NCBI RefSeq assembly: GCF_000441555.1
Contig: NC_021885.1
Location: forward strand, 300,001-332,000
Origin: Candidatus Profftella armatura
GTDB taxonomy: Bacteria; Pseudomonadota; Gammaproteobacteria; Burkholderiales; Burkholderiaceae
Direction of reading: 5' to 3'
Length of the DNA stretch: 32,000 bases
This document shows positions 1-10,360 of this stretch, in pieces (position 1 is the stretch's first letter; each line of letters starts with the position of its first letter). Under the pieces are notes generated by a model. It saw only the letters and a program-made list of their open reading frames with translations, was not told the origin of the DNA and ran no database searches. Both the position numbers and the translations under genes were made by a program.

Positions 1-603
1 TTGCCCAAGTAATGTAATTTCTTTTACTCCCTGTGAAATAAGTTCATATATTTCGTTTATTATACTATTAAATTTTCTAGAAACTTCTTCGCCTCTAGTG
101 TAAGGAATTATACAATAACTACAGTATTTGCTGCAACCTTCTATAATAGATACAAAAGCAGTAATTCCATTAATTTTAGCTGGAGGCATATAGTCAAATT
201 TTTCAATTTCTGGAAAATTAATATCAATTTGTGTTTTACCACTAATTTTACGTTTATAGATCATTTGAGGTAATCTATGTAAAGTTTTTGGTCCAAATAT
301 TATATCAACATATGGTGCTCTTTTTAAAATAGCTTGACCTTCTTGCGATGCAACACATCCACCAACACCAATCAATAAATTAGGTTTTTTTAATTTCAGT
401 TTATATAATCTACCTAAGTTAGAAAAAATTTTTTCTTGAGCTTTAATACGTACAGAGCATGTATTAAGCAAAATAATGTCAGCTTCTTCTGGATCATTAG
501 TTTTAATAATATTATTCGAATAGTTTAATATGTCAAAAATTTTATTTGAATCATATTCATTCATTTGACATCCAAAAGTTTTAATAAATAATTTTTTTTG
601 CAT
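1..603 (-). CDS. miaB: tRNA-i6A37 methylthiotransferase MiaB, N-terminal 201 codons (3' end lies outside the window)
   Basis: This ORF is absent from the ORF track because it runs off the window. A minus-strand ATG at 603-601 opens [26 protein letters not shown]..., matching the E. coli MiaB N-terminus [19 protein letters not shown]. The radical-SAM motif [19 protein letters not shown] is encoded around 90-150. The frame stays open to position 1 (..[13 protein letters not shown]). Confidence 0.9.
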   Translation of the reverse strand, partial: MQKKLFIKTFGCQMNEYDSNKIFDILNYSNNIIKTNDPEEADIILLNTCSVRIKAQEKIFSNLGRLYKLKLKKPNLLIGVGGCVASQEGQAILKRAPYVDIIFGPKTLHRLPQMIYKRKISGKTQIDINFPEIEKFDYMPPAKINGITAFVSIIEGCSKYCSYCIIPYTRGEEVSRKFNSIINEIYELISQGVKEITLLGQ

Positions 604-750
604 AATACTTTTATAAATTTATTTTTATAGTAATTTTTTTCGATATTTTATATGAAATTATACGAATAATAAAATAACAAAATATAATAAAAATAATATT
701 ATTTTTATTAAATTTTATATATTTAATTTTTATTAAATAAATAAATAATT

Positions 751-1896
<1,146 letters not shown>

Positions 1897-2303
1897 TTAA
1901 AAAATATTTTATATATCCTGTATATTAATATGCAATATTCGAAAAATTACGATATTGTAAAGTAATTTAATTCAGTAAAAAAATTAAGAATAAAATATAA
2001 ATTTTAATTTTCAATATTCATATTATGTATAAAATATTATTAAATAAATTTATCATATAATCTTTTAAATAATTAAATATTTTTTATTGATCTTGTTGAT
2101 AAAAAATTATTTTTTAAAATTTTATATATAAATTATAAAAACAGAATAACAAATTGTAAAAGAATATTTTTAAAATATTTTTAATAATTAATGAAATTTT
2201 ATTCAATATAAAATTTTTATAAAATAAAATTGTATAAATTAAAATAAATATATTAAACTGTGTTCCATCTATAAATTTTTTGCTATATAAAGGAGAACAT
2301 TAA

Positions 2304-2537
2304 ATGGCGCGAATTTGTCAAATAACAAAAAAAAAACCAATAGTCGGTAATAATGTTTCTCATGCAAATAATAAAACCAAACGAAGATTTTTACCTAATT
2401 TACATAATCATCGTATTTTTATTGATTCTGAAAATCGTTGGATTTCTCTTCGTATTTCAAATTCTGGTTTGCGAATTATTAACAAAATTGGTATACATGC
2501 AGTTTTATCTAATATGAAAAAAAATAATAAAAAATAA
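2304..2537 (+). CDS. rpmB: 50S ribosomal protein L28
   Basis: The 77-aa ORF begins [33 protein letters not shown], the typical L28 N-terminus. A strong SD (AAGGAG, 2290-2295) lies 8 nt upstream of the ATG. Confidence 0.95.
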   Translation: MARICQITKKKPIVGNNVSHANNKTKRRFLPNLHNHRIFIDSENRWISLRISNSGLRIINKIGIHAVLSNMKKNNKK

Positions 2538-2578
2538 TATTATAAACATTATAAAATAAAAGGAAAAAATTATTTACA

Positions 2579-2746
2579 ATGGCTAAATCAGGACGCGATA
2601 AAATTAAATTACAATCTACTGCTGGTACTGGACATTTTTATACAACAACTAAAAATAAACGTTCTACATTAAAAAAAATTAAAATAATGAAATTTGATCC
2701 AAAAATAAGAAAACATGTTTTTTATAAAGAAAAAAAAATAAAGTAA
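2579..2746 (+). CDS. rpmG: 50S ribosomal protein L33
   Basis: This ORF is too short for the ORF track and was translated by hand: [55 protein letters not shown] (55 aa). It has the L33 signature (..[14 protein letters not shown]....K...KFDP..RKHV.YKE.K) and sits directly after rpmB, as in most bacteria. An AAGGA motif lies upstream. Confidence 0.9.
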   Translation: MAKSGRDKIKLQSTAGTGHFYTTTKNKRSTLKKIKIMKFDPKIRKHVFYKEKKIK

Positions 2747-2772
2747 TTAAATTTTTAATATTTTGAAAATAA

Positions 2773-2793
2773 AATGCCATTTTTAATGGCATT
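2773..2793. terminator. probable bidirectional intrinsic terminator between convergent rpmG and valS
   Basis: The 8-bp stem AATGCCAT / ATGGCATT has a 5-nt loop (TTTTA) and is the only G/C-containing hairpin in the 75-nt convergent spacer. On the minus strand it is followed by TTATTTTC, and on the plus strand by ATTATTAATATTT. Confidence 0.5.
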
Positions 2794-2821
2794 ATTAATA
2801 TTTAATTTTTAAAAATATATT

Positions 2822-5656
2822 TTAATTATTAGAATTCTTAAATTTTAATAACTGTTCTTGTAATTTATGTAAAATAGTAGAAAGATTATTAATTCGTTCT
2901 TGTTCTTTTACTATTATTTTTTTTGGAGCTTTTTTTATAAAAAATTCATTATTAATATTTTTTTGTGCTCTATTAATTATAATACTAATTTTATTAATTT
3001 CTTTAGAAATACGTTCTTTTTCTTCTATAATATTTATTTTTGCAATTAGCATAAATTTAATATTATCAAAAATAATAACAGGAGATATTGAGTTAACAGG
3101 TAAGGCATTAACTACTTTTATATTTGATAATTTTGCTAATTCCTGAAGATATGGAAAAAATGATATTAAATAATTATCATTATTTTTTGATTCTATATAT
3201 AATGGTATACGGGATGCAGGAGATAATTTCATTTCTCCTCTTAAATTTCTGCATGCATTAACATATATCTTTAATTGTTTTATCCATTTTTCAGATTTTT
3301 TATCTATCTTATTTAAATTAATTGTTGGATAATTTTGAACCATAATTGATTTTTTTTTTTCATTAATTTTTCCATTTTTTAATGGAAAAATTTTTTGCCA
3401 TAAATCCTCAGTTATAAATGGAATAATTGGATGAGCTAAACGTAATAAAGTTTCCAGTACATATAATAAGGTATTACAAGTATTTAATTTGCAATATTTA
3501 TCATTACTTTTTAATTGAATTTTAGCGATTTCTAAATACCAATCACAATATTCATGCCATATAAATTTATAAATAGCTGATGCAATATTATCAAAACGAT
3601 AATTAGAAAACTCTTTTCTAATCTTTAAATTTGTTTTTTGTAATAAAGAAATAATCCAACGATCAGCTTTTAATAATTTTATTTTTTTATTATTAATATT
3701 TTTATATTCAATAGAATTATAATTGCAAGATAAAACATTAATTTGTACAAAACGAGCAGCATTCCATAATTTATTACAAAAATTACGATAACCTTGACAG
3801 CGTTTTAAATCGAAATTAATATTACGTCCTAATGTTGATAAAGAAATAAATGTAAAACGTAGTGCATCAGCCCCAAATGCAGATATTCCATTTGGAAATT
3901 CTTTTTTTGTTATTTTTGTTATATCATTTATTTTTTTTAAATCTTCTAATGCATAAACACGTTTCTCAATTAAATCTTTTAGTTTAATGCCATTTATTAC
4001 ATCCATTGGATCTAGTATATTATTTTTTGATTTAGACATTTTTTTACCATGACTATCTCGTACAAGACCATGTATATAAACTTTTTTAAATGGAATTTTC
4101 CCTGTAAAATGAGTAGTCATCATAATCATTCTTATAACCCAAAAAAATAAAATATCAAATCCTGTAATTAAAATAGAATATGGAATATAAAATTTATATT
4201 CTTGTGTTTTTTTTTTAGGCCATCCTAATATCGAAAAAGGCAAAATAGAAGAAGAAAACCAAGTATCTAGTACATCTTCGTCTCTATATATTTTTTTTTT
4301 ACCAGCTTGAATTTGTGCATCAAATTCATTACGAGCTACATAAATTTTTCCATCTTCATCATACCATACTGGAATTTGATGCCCCCACCATAATTGACGA
4401 GATATACACCAATCTTCAATATTATTTAACCATTTTTTATAAATATTATTCCAATCTTTAGGAATTAATTTTATTTCATTATTTTTAATTTTTTCTAAAG
4501 CTACTTCTGCAATTGATTTCCCAGAAAAATATGTTTCTTTTGGGGTAGGTTTATTGACAGCAATAAACCATTGATTTGTTAACATAGGTTCAATTATTGA
4601 TCCCGTACGATCTCCTCTAGGTATTAATATTTTATGAGCTTTAATTTGTTCTAATAAACCCATATTATTAAGATCATTAATAATTTTTTTACGAGCAATA
4701 AATCGATCTAATTTATGATATACAATAGGTATAATATCCTTTTCTATTATTTTAGCATCTGATGTAAATATATTAATTTGTGGTAAATTATGTTTTTTTC
4801 CTATTATATAATCTATAAAATCATGCGCAGGTGTAATTTTCATACAACCTGTCCCGAATGTTTTATCAATATATTCATTTTCTTCAATAATAGGAATATA
4901 ACGATTACATAATGGTAATTTTAGTAATTTACCGATTAAATGAGTATAACGTTTATCGTTTTTTGATACCGCCACTGCAGTATCCCCTATAATTGTTTCT
5001 GGTCGAGTAGTAGCAACTGTAATAAAATCACTGTTGTCAGCTAATGGATAACGAATATACCATATAAAACCATCTTCTTCTTTTGATACAACCTCTAAAT
5101 CAGATATTGCGGTATTTAATTTTGGATCCCAATTAACTATGCGTTTACCACGATAAATTAAACCTTGTTCAAATAATTTTACAAAAACTTCTGTAACAAC
5201 ACTAGATATGTTTTCATTCATTGTAAAATATTCTTTACTCCAATCAATTGATATTCCTAATTGTCGCATTTGATTAGATATATTAAAACTAGATTTTTTT
5301 TTCCATTCCAATATTTTTTCAATATATTTTTTTCTACCAATATCTTGTCTTGTTATTTTTTTTATATCAAGTTCACGCTCAATTATCATTTGAGTAGCAA
5401 TACCTGCATGATCAAATCCAGGAATCCATATTGTATTAAATTTACGCATTCTATGATAACGAACTAAGCTATCTGTAATAGTTTGATTAAATGCATGCCC
5501 CATATGCAAAATACCAGTAATATTTGGGGGTGGAAGTTGTAAAACAAAAAAAGGGTTTTTTGAATTTATGACTTGGGTAAAATATCCTCGTTTTTCCCAT
5601 TCTTTTTTCCAAAAATTTTCAATTTTATTTGATTCAAAAGACTTTATTAATTCCAT
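2822..5656 (-). CDS. valS: valine--tRNA ligase
   Basis: The 944-aa ORF is class-I with HIGH (PPNITGILHMGHA) and KMSKS (GKKMSKSKNN) motifs. It also has a ValRS-type editing domain and a C-terminal coiled coil. Confidence 0.97.
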   Translation of the reverse strand: MELIKSFESNKIENFWKKEWEKRGYFTQVINSKNPFFVLQLPPPNITGILHMGHAFNQTITDSLVRYHRMRKFNTIWIPGFDHAGIATQMIIERELDIKKITRQDIGRKKYIEKILEWKKKSSFNISNQMRQLGISIDWSKEYFTMNENISSVVTEVFVKLFEQGLIYRGKRIVNWDPKLNTAISDLEVVSKEEDGFIWYIRYPLADNSDFITVATTRPETIIGDTAVAVSKNDKRYTHLIGKLLKLPLCNRYIPIIEENEYIDKTFGTGCMKITPAHDFIDYIIGKKHNLPQINIFTSDAKIIEKDIIPIVYHKLDRFIARKKIINDLNNMGLLEQIKAHKILIPRGDRTGSIIEPMLTNQWFIAVNKPTPKETYFSGKSIAEVALEKIKNNEIKLIPKDWNNIYKKWLNNIEDWCISRQLWWGHQIPVWYDEDGKIYVARNEFDAQIQAGKKKIYRDEDVLDTWFSSSILPFSILGWPKKKTQEYKFYIPYSILITGFDILFFWVIRMIMMTTHFTGKIPFKKVYIHGLVRDSHGKKMSKSKNNILDPMDVINGIKLKDLIEKRVYALEDLKKINDITKITKKEFPNGISAFGADALRFTFISLSTLGRNINFDLKRCQGYRNFCNKLWNAARFVQINVLSCNYNSIEYKNINNKKIKLLKADRWIISLLQKTNLKIRKEFSNYRFDNIASAIYKFIWHEYCDWYLEIAKIQLKSNDKYCKLNTCNTLLYVLETLLRLAHPIIPFITEDLWQKIFPLKNGKINEKKKSIMVQNYPTINLNKIDKKSEKWIKQLKIYVNACRNLRGEMKLSPASRIPLYIESKNNDNYLISFFPYLQELAKLSNIKVVNALPVNSISPVIIFDNIKFMLIAKINIIEEKERISKEINKISIIINRAQKNINNEFFIKKAPKKIIVKEQERINNLSTILHKLQEQLLKFKNSNN

Positions 5657-5714
5657 ATATCTTTTTATAAAAATTAATTTTTATTTTTTAATAACAATAG
5701 AACTTAAAAAATTT

Positions 5715-5755
5715 AAATCTACAAATATTTTTTATAAAATAATATTTGTAGATTT
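5715..5755 (-). terminator. probable intrinsic terminator downstream of sodB
   Basis: A perfect 15-bp inverted repeat, AAATCTACAAATATT (5715-5729) / AATATTTGTAGATTT (5741-5755), has an 11-nt loop. It lies 32 nt past the sodB stop. On the minus strand it is followed by AAATTTTTTAAG. The stem is A/T-rich, so its strength is uncertain. Confidence 0.45.
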
Positions 5756-5786
5756 AACATTTTTAAATAATTTAAAGAATATAAAT

Positions 5787-6377
5787 TTAAATATAATTTT
5801 TTTTGAAATTTTTAAATACAAAATTCCAATTAATTATATCTAAAAAATTTTCTATATATCTCAAGCGATTATTTCGATAATCAATATAGTAAGCATGCTC
5901 CCAAACATCCATTGTTAATAACGGAATATCAGAAGTATTTAAAGGTGTAATAGCATTTGATGTATTAATAATTTCAAGTAAATTATTATTTTTTTTTACA
6001 AGCCAAACCCATCCAGAACCAAAATTCTTCATTCCAAATTCTATAAAATTTTCTTTAAATTTTTTTAAAGATCCCCACTTATTTTTAAGTGCAATAATTA
6101 ATTGATTATCAATTTTTATATTACTTTCTGGGGACATGCATTTCCAATAAAATGAATGATTCCAAACTTGTGCTGCATTATTAAAAATAGAACCAGAAGA
6201 ACTTTTAACAATTTCTTCAATGGACATATTTTCAAAATTTGTATTTTTAATTAATTTATTCAAATTATTTAAATAATTTTTATGATGTTTATTATAATGA
6301 AATTCTAATGTTTCTTGTGATATTTTTGGAGAAAGTGCATCGAATTTGTATGGCAATTTTGATAGACTATGTATCAT
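5787..6377 (-). CDS. sodB: superoxide dismutase, Fe type
   Basis: The 196-aa ORF carries LPYKFDAL.P.IS..TLEFHYNKHH and DVWEHAYYIDYRN metal-ligand motifs. The NNAAQVWNHSFYW segment (Gln after the Ala-Ala) is typical of Fe-SOD rather than Mn-SOD. An SD-like AAGGAAA lies upstream of the ATG. Confidence 0.93.
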   Translation of the reverse strand: MIHSLSKLPYKFDALSPKISQETLEFHYNKHHKNYLNNLNKLIKNTNFENMSIEEIVKSSSGSIFNNAAQVWNHSFYWKCMSPESNIKIDNQLIIALKNKWGSLKKFKENFIEFGMKNFGSGWVWLVKKNNNLLEIINTSNAITPLNTSDIPLLTMDVWEHAYYIDYRNNRLRYIENFLDIINWNFVFKNFKKNYI

Positions 6378-6551
6378 AATGTATTTCCTTTTTATTTTAA
6401 AAATTAATTATCTATATAATAATAGTTCATATTATAATATATATCTATTTTTTAAAAAATAATCATAATTAAATTTTAAATTTAAATTATAATATAATAT
6501 ATAAAACAAATTAAAAACTTAAAAATAATTTATTGAATAATTTTAAAAAAT

Positions 6552-7217
6552 ATGCGTCTTATTATTTTAGGTGCACCTGGATCAGGAAAGGGCACACAAG
6601 CAATGTTTATTAAAAAAAAATTTCATATTCCTCAAATTTCCACAGGTGAAATATTAAGAGATGTTATAAGATCGAACAATAAAAATAATTTTAAAAATAA
6701 AATTTATAACGATATAAAAAAGGGTAATTTAATTTCAGATAATATTATTATTGATTTAGTCATAAATCGTTTGAAATGTTCAGATTGTATTAATGGGTAT
6801 TTATTAGATGGTTTTCCTAGAACTTTATCACAAGCTCATGCCATGAAAGAAGCGGGTATTATTATTGATAATATATTAGAAATTTATGTTTCTGATTCGG
6901 AAATTATCGAGAGAATAATTGGTCGTCGTATACATGCTTCTTCTGGACGTATTTATCATAATAAATTTAATCCACCTAAAATTCATGGAAGAGATAATAT
7001 TACTGGCGAATTACTTGTTCAACGTGATGATGATACAATTGAAGTAATTAAAAATCGTTTATCTATTTATCATAAACAAAAAAAAATTTTATTAGATTAT
7101 TATAAAAATTTAGAAACTTTTAAAATTTTTGGTTTTCCAAGGTATCATAGAATAAATGGTTCTTTTTCAATAGATCAAGTACGCAACAATATTTTTTCTA
7201 TATTAATAAAAAATTAA
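6552..7217 (+). CDS. adk: adenylate kinase
   Basis: The 221-aa ORF has a P-loop (LGAPGSGKGTQA) followed by ..ISTGEILR.., ..LLDGFPRT..QA, and a long non-zinc lid (GRRIHASSGRIYH..FNPP). Confidence 0.95.
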   Translation: MRLIILGAPGSGKGTQAMFIKKKFHIPQISTGEILRDVIRSNNKNNFKNKIYNDIKKGNLISDNIIIDLVINRLKCSDCINGYLLDGFPRTLSQAHAMKEAGIIIDNILEIYVSDSEIIERIIGRRIHASSGRIYHNKFNPPKIHGRDNITGELLVQRDDDTIEVIKNRLSIYHKQKKILLDYYKNLETFKIFGFPRYHRINGSFSIDQVRNNIFSILIKN

Positions 7218-7270
7218 ACTAATATAATCTATGATTAGATCATATCAAGTATAATAATATAAAAATTTAT

Positions 7271-8536
7271 ATGAAATTTTCAATTTTAATTATTAATTCT
7301 GTTGAAAAACTTTTAAATAAAATTCTTAAATTCACCTGTTCTCCAAATAAATTACTATCTAATTATTTTCGTAAATATAAAAAATTAGGAATTTTTGAAA
7401 GAAATATTATTTCTAAAGCTGTTTATAACTTATTATATAATAAATCTATATATTTTTATTTTATTCATAATGAATTTGGTAATAAAACTGTATCATTACG
7501 TAATTTAACTTTATTTTGTTTAAAAGATTTGGTTAATATTTCTTGTATTGAGGGATTATCTAAAAAAGAATTTTATTTCTTTAATAAAAAAATTGATTTT
7601 AATTTAGCTCCACCGTTAATAAAAAGTAATTTCCCAGAATGGTTATTTACTAAATTAGTAGACCAATATGGAGAATCAGAAACCTTAGAGTTGTCTAAAA
7701 AAATAAATCAATCAGCTTCCTTAGATTTAAGGGTTAACTTATTAAAATCAAAAAGAGAAATAATTATTAAAAAATTATTAGATTTTTCTATTTTTTGCAA
7801 CCCTACTCCTTATGCACCATTTGGTTTAAGAATAACAAAAAAAGTTTCTCTAAAAAAAATATATCTCTTTACAAAAGGTATCATTGAAATTCAAGATGAG
7901 AGCAGTCAGTTACTTACTCATATTATTGAAGTAAAACGAGGAGAATTAATAGTTGATTTTTGTGCTGGGTCTGGAGGAAAAACACTTGCTATTGGTTCTT
8001 TAATAAGAAATACTGGATATATATATTCACTTGATATATCTAAAAAAAAAATAGAAGAATTAAAAAAAAGAGTCATTCGTAGCGGATTATCTAACGTATA
8101 TCCTATTGTAATTAAAAATGAAAATGACATTAAAATTAAATTTTTAGAAAACAAAGCTAATAGAGTTTTAGTTGATGCTCCATGTAGCGGATTAGGTACA
8201 CTACGTCGTAATCCTGATATCAAATGGTATCAAAAACCTTTTTTTATAGATAAGATAAATAATACACAAATTAATATTTTAAATAATGCATCTAAGTTGG
8301 TAAAAATAAAAGGATATTTAATTTATTCTACATGTAGTATCTTAAAAGAAGAAAATGAAGATATTGTAGATAAATTTATGGCAATTAATAAAAATTTTTG
8401 TTTAATACCGATTAAAAATATATTAAAAAGACAAAAAATAAAATTATTAATTAATGATAACTACTATTTTAAGTTATTAACTAATATTCATAATACTGAT
8501 TGTTTTTTTGCTGCAATTATGAAACGTATTAAATGA
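7271..8536 (+). CDS. rsmB: 16S rRNA m5C methyltransferase, RsmB/Sun (NOL1/NOP2) family
   Basis: The 421-aa ORF has a SAM motif (DFCAGSGGKT) and catalytic Cys motifs (VDAPCSGLGTLRRNPDIKW, YSTCS). The assignment to RsmB rather than another family member rests on length and the N-terminal NusB-like region only. Confidence 0.8.
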   Translation: MKFSILIINSVEKLLNKILKFTCSPNKLLSNYFRKYKKLGIFERNIISKAVYNLLYNKSIYFYFIHNEFGNKTVSLRNLTLFCLKDLVNISCIEGLSKKEFYFFNKKIDFNLAPPLIKSNFPEWLFTKLVDQYGESETLELSKKINQSASLDLRVNLLKSKREIIIKKLLDFSIFCNPTPYAPFGLRITKKVSLKKIYLFTKGIIEIQDESSQLLTHIIEVKRGELIVDFCAGSGGKTLAIGSLIRNTGYIYSLDISKKKIEELKKRVIRSGLSNVYPIVIKNENDIKIKFLENKANRVLVDAPCSGLGTLRRNPDIKWYQKPFFIDKINNTQINILNNASKLVKIKGYLIYSTCSILKEENEDIVDKFMAINKNFCLIPIKNILKRQKIKLLINDNYYFKLLTNIHNTDCFFAAIMKRIK

Positions 8537-8546
8537 AACATACCAA

Positions 8547-8617
8547 AGGCGGGAGTCGGAATTGAACCGGCATATACGGCTTTGCAGACCGTTGCATAAC
8601 CATTCTGCCACCCCGCC
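8547..8617 (-). tRNA. tRNA-Cys (anticodon GCA)
   Basis: The hand-folded minus-strand sequence is GGCGGGGTGGCAGAATGGTTATGCAACGGTCTGCAAAGCCGTATATGCCGGTTCAATTCCGACTCCCGCCT. It has a 7-bp acceptor stem (one G-U), the anticodon loop CTGCAAA and the T-loop TTCAATT. There is one C-A mismatch in the T-stem. No CCA is encoded. Confidence 0.85.
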
Positions 8618-8631
8618 ATATTATATATTTT

Positions 8632-8704
8632 AGCGGGAAAAGAGTCTCGAACTCTCGACCTCAACCTTGGCAAGGTTGCGCTCTACCAACTGAGCTATTC
8701 CCGC
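8632..8704 (-). tRNA. tRNA-Gly (anticodon GCC)
   Basis: The minus-strand sequence is GCGGGAATAGCTCAGTTGGTAGAGCGCAACCTTGCCAAGGTTGAGGTCGAGAGTTCGAGACTCTTTTCCCGCT. It forms a canonical cloverleaf with D-loop AGTTGGTA, anticodon loop TTGCCAA and T-loop TTCGAGA. No CCA is encoded. Confidence 0.92.
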
Positions 8705-8973
8705 ATTATTAAAATACAAAGTTAGATTTTATAGATATATTTGTATTTTTGTCAATAAAATAACTTTTATTTTCATGGAAAAATTTGTATGAATTTAAAT
8801 ATAAAACAATCACAAATAATTTTACATACAATTTTTAAAAAATAAAATTTTTAAAAATAAAAATTTTATTAAAGTAATTTTCTATTAATAAAAATATAAA
8901 AAAATTATTCTATATTAAATTATTTAAAATAAAAAAATTTATTATTAATAATTATAACATTTTAATTATTTTT

Positions 8974-9789
8974 TTATTTCATTAAATTTTTTTTTAAATC
9001 TTTAGGTAAAATAATTAAATTACTAGTATTTGTCTTATTTAAATTATTATCAGTTAAAAATAATTTTTCTGAAGAAAATGAAATTTTTATTATAGAAGAT
9101 CTTACTAAATTTAATGCTAAATTAGCAGCCATTTGTTCACCGGAACGACGACTTGGGCCAATACCACAAGTTTTAATTTTTAATTTTGGAATTATACATA
9201 TAATTTCAAATTTTTGATTATGAGCAGCGCCATAAGTAGCTAAAATTTTATATTCTGGTAATGGAATTTTTCTTTTTTGCAAATACTCCTGTAAAAGAGT
9301 TTTAGAATCTTTTCCGGTTATTATTGAATTAATTGAATTCAGAACAGTTTTATATAGAGAATAAATTACTTTTTGCACATTTCCAAAGTGAGAATCTAAA
9401 AAAATTGCACCAAATATTGCCTCTAAAGTATCAGCTAAAATAGATGGTCTATTGCACCCACCAGATTTTATTTCACCATCACCAAGCAATAGAAATTTTG
9501 ATAATTCTAATTTTTTAGCGATTTCATATAATGTTTGTTGTTTTACTAAATTAGATCGAAAACGTGATAAATCACCTTCATTTATTGAATTATAATGCTC
9601 AAATAGTAATGAAGCAATTACGCAATTTAAGATAGAATCACCAAGAAATTCTAATCTTTCATTATGAATACTACTATAGCTACAATGCGTTAATGCTTGC
9701 CTTAAAATATCGGTATTTTTAAATGTATATCCTAATCGATGCTCTAATGATAGATACCACATGATATCATTCATTTTTTTATCTGACAT
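8974..9789 (-). CDS. rnc: ribonuclease III, with a C-terminal tail of about 40 codons
   Basis: The 271-aa ORF has the RNase III signature (NERLEFLGDSILN) and a second catalytic region (ADTLEAIFGAIFLD). The dsRBD ends ..SRRSGEQMAANLALNLV. About 40 low-complexity residues follow, where E. coli RNase III stops. Confidence 0.93.
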   Translation of the reverse strand: MSDKKMNDIMWYLSLEHRLGYTFKNTDILRQALTHCSYSSIHNERLEFLGDSILNCVIASLLFEHYNSINEGDLSRFRSNLVKQQTLYEIAKKLELSKFLLLGDGEIKSGGCNRPSILADTLEAIFGAIFLDSHFGNVQKVIYSLYKTVLNSINSIITGKDSKTLLQEYLQKRKIPLPEYKILATYGAAHNQKFEIICIIPKLKIKTCGIGPSRRSGEQMAANLALNLVRSSIIKISFSSEKLFLTDNNLNKTNTSNLIILPKDLKKNLMK

Positions 9790-10360
9790 GCATATTCTTT
9801 TTAAAAATTCATCTATGTAAAAAAATTTTTCAAAAAAATATCTTATATGAATTAAAACAATAATAACAACTATAAAAAACTATTATTTTTATTATATTCA
9901 ATAATAAAATATTATATGAAATAATGTAATTAAAATTTTTAATATTAAAAAAAAATAAATTTTTAAGAGAAATTATAAAAAATTTTTATGACATTTAATT
10001 TTTTAATTTATCTTTTATAATGTTTAATTACTTTTTTACAATAAATAATTACATATTTATTTAGATTATTAATATTAAAAATTTTTTAAAAAATTGGCAA
10101 AAAAATTTTATAATTAAATTTATTTACTAAAATTTAATTTCCTGATTATAAATTAAATAATATTGAATTAAATTAAATTATAAAAGATTAATATGAAAAA
10201 TAAACAAAAAATAAAGACAACTATAATAATTAAAAAAATTTTTTAAATATTTTTAATAAAATATTTTTTATATTTTATATTTTCAAAAAAAATTATATTG
10301 AAAAACAAAATAATATGAGTAATTATAATTAAAATAAATTTTTATAAAAATAGTATTAAC

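Noticed and set aside
5261-5843. Plus-strand ORFs 5261-5467 and 5568-5843, overlapping valS and the valS/sodB spacer.
   Set aside because: They are antisense to valS, made of low-complexity F/I/K/N-rich sequence, and span a predicted terminator. They are spurious.
7918-8223. Other antisense track ORFs: 7918-8223, 14649-14846, 16791-16979, 18490-18717, 24123-24308, 24393-24626, 26190-26378 and 29800-30024.
   Set aside because: Each is fully nested in a strongly conserved gene (rsmB, the methyltransferase, dnaB, rplI, clpB, phrB, gyrA), antisense in every case except 26190-26378, which lies on the same strand as phrB in an alternate frame. None shows family motifs.
8488-8673. 61-aa minus-strand ORF (MPRLRSRVRDSFPAKIYNMAGWQNGYATVCK...).
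   Set aside because: It is simply the translation of the G/C-richer tRNA-Gly and tRNA-Cys genes and the rsmB 3' end. It has no independent coding evidence.
8790-8850. Small plus-strand ORF MNLNIKQSQIILHTIFKK* and other 10-20-codon ORFs in the long spacers (1885-2303, 8705-8973, 9790-10360).
   Set aside because: They have no SD and no recognisable similarity, and their length is within expectation for random sequence. The only real small gene I found this way is rpmG.
8841-8870. Perfect A/T-only palindromes: AATAAAATTTTT-N6-AAAAATTTTATT (8841-8870, downstream of rnc), ATAAAATTTAAATTTTAT (14176-14193, def/methyltransferase junction), AACAATTATAATTGTT (17655-17670, upstream of rpsF) and ACATTTTTAAAAATGT (21343-21358).
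   Set aside because: In spacers that are almost pure A/T, 12-18-bp palindromes are expected by chance several times per few kb. The stems would be thermodynamically weak. I cannot distinguish terminators or operators from noise without 3'-end mapping.
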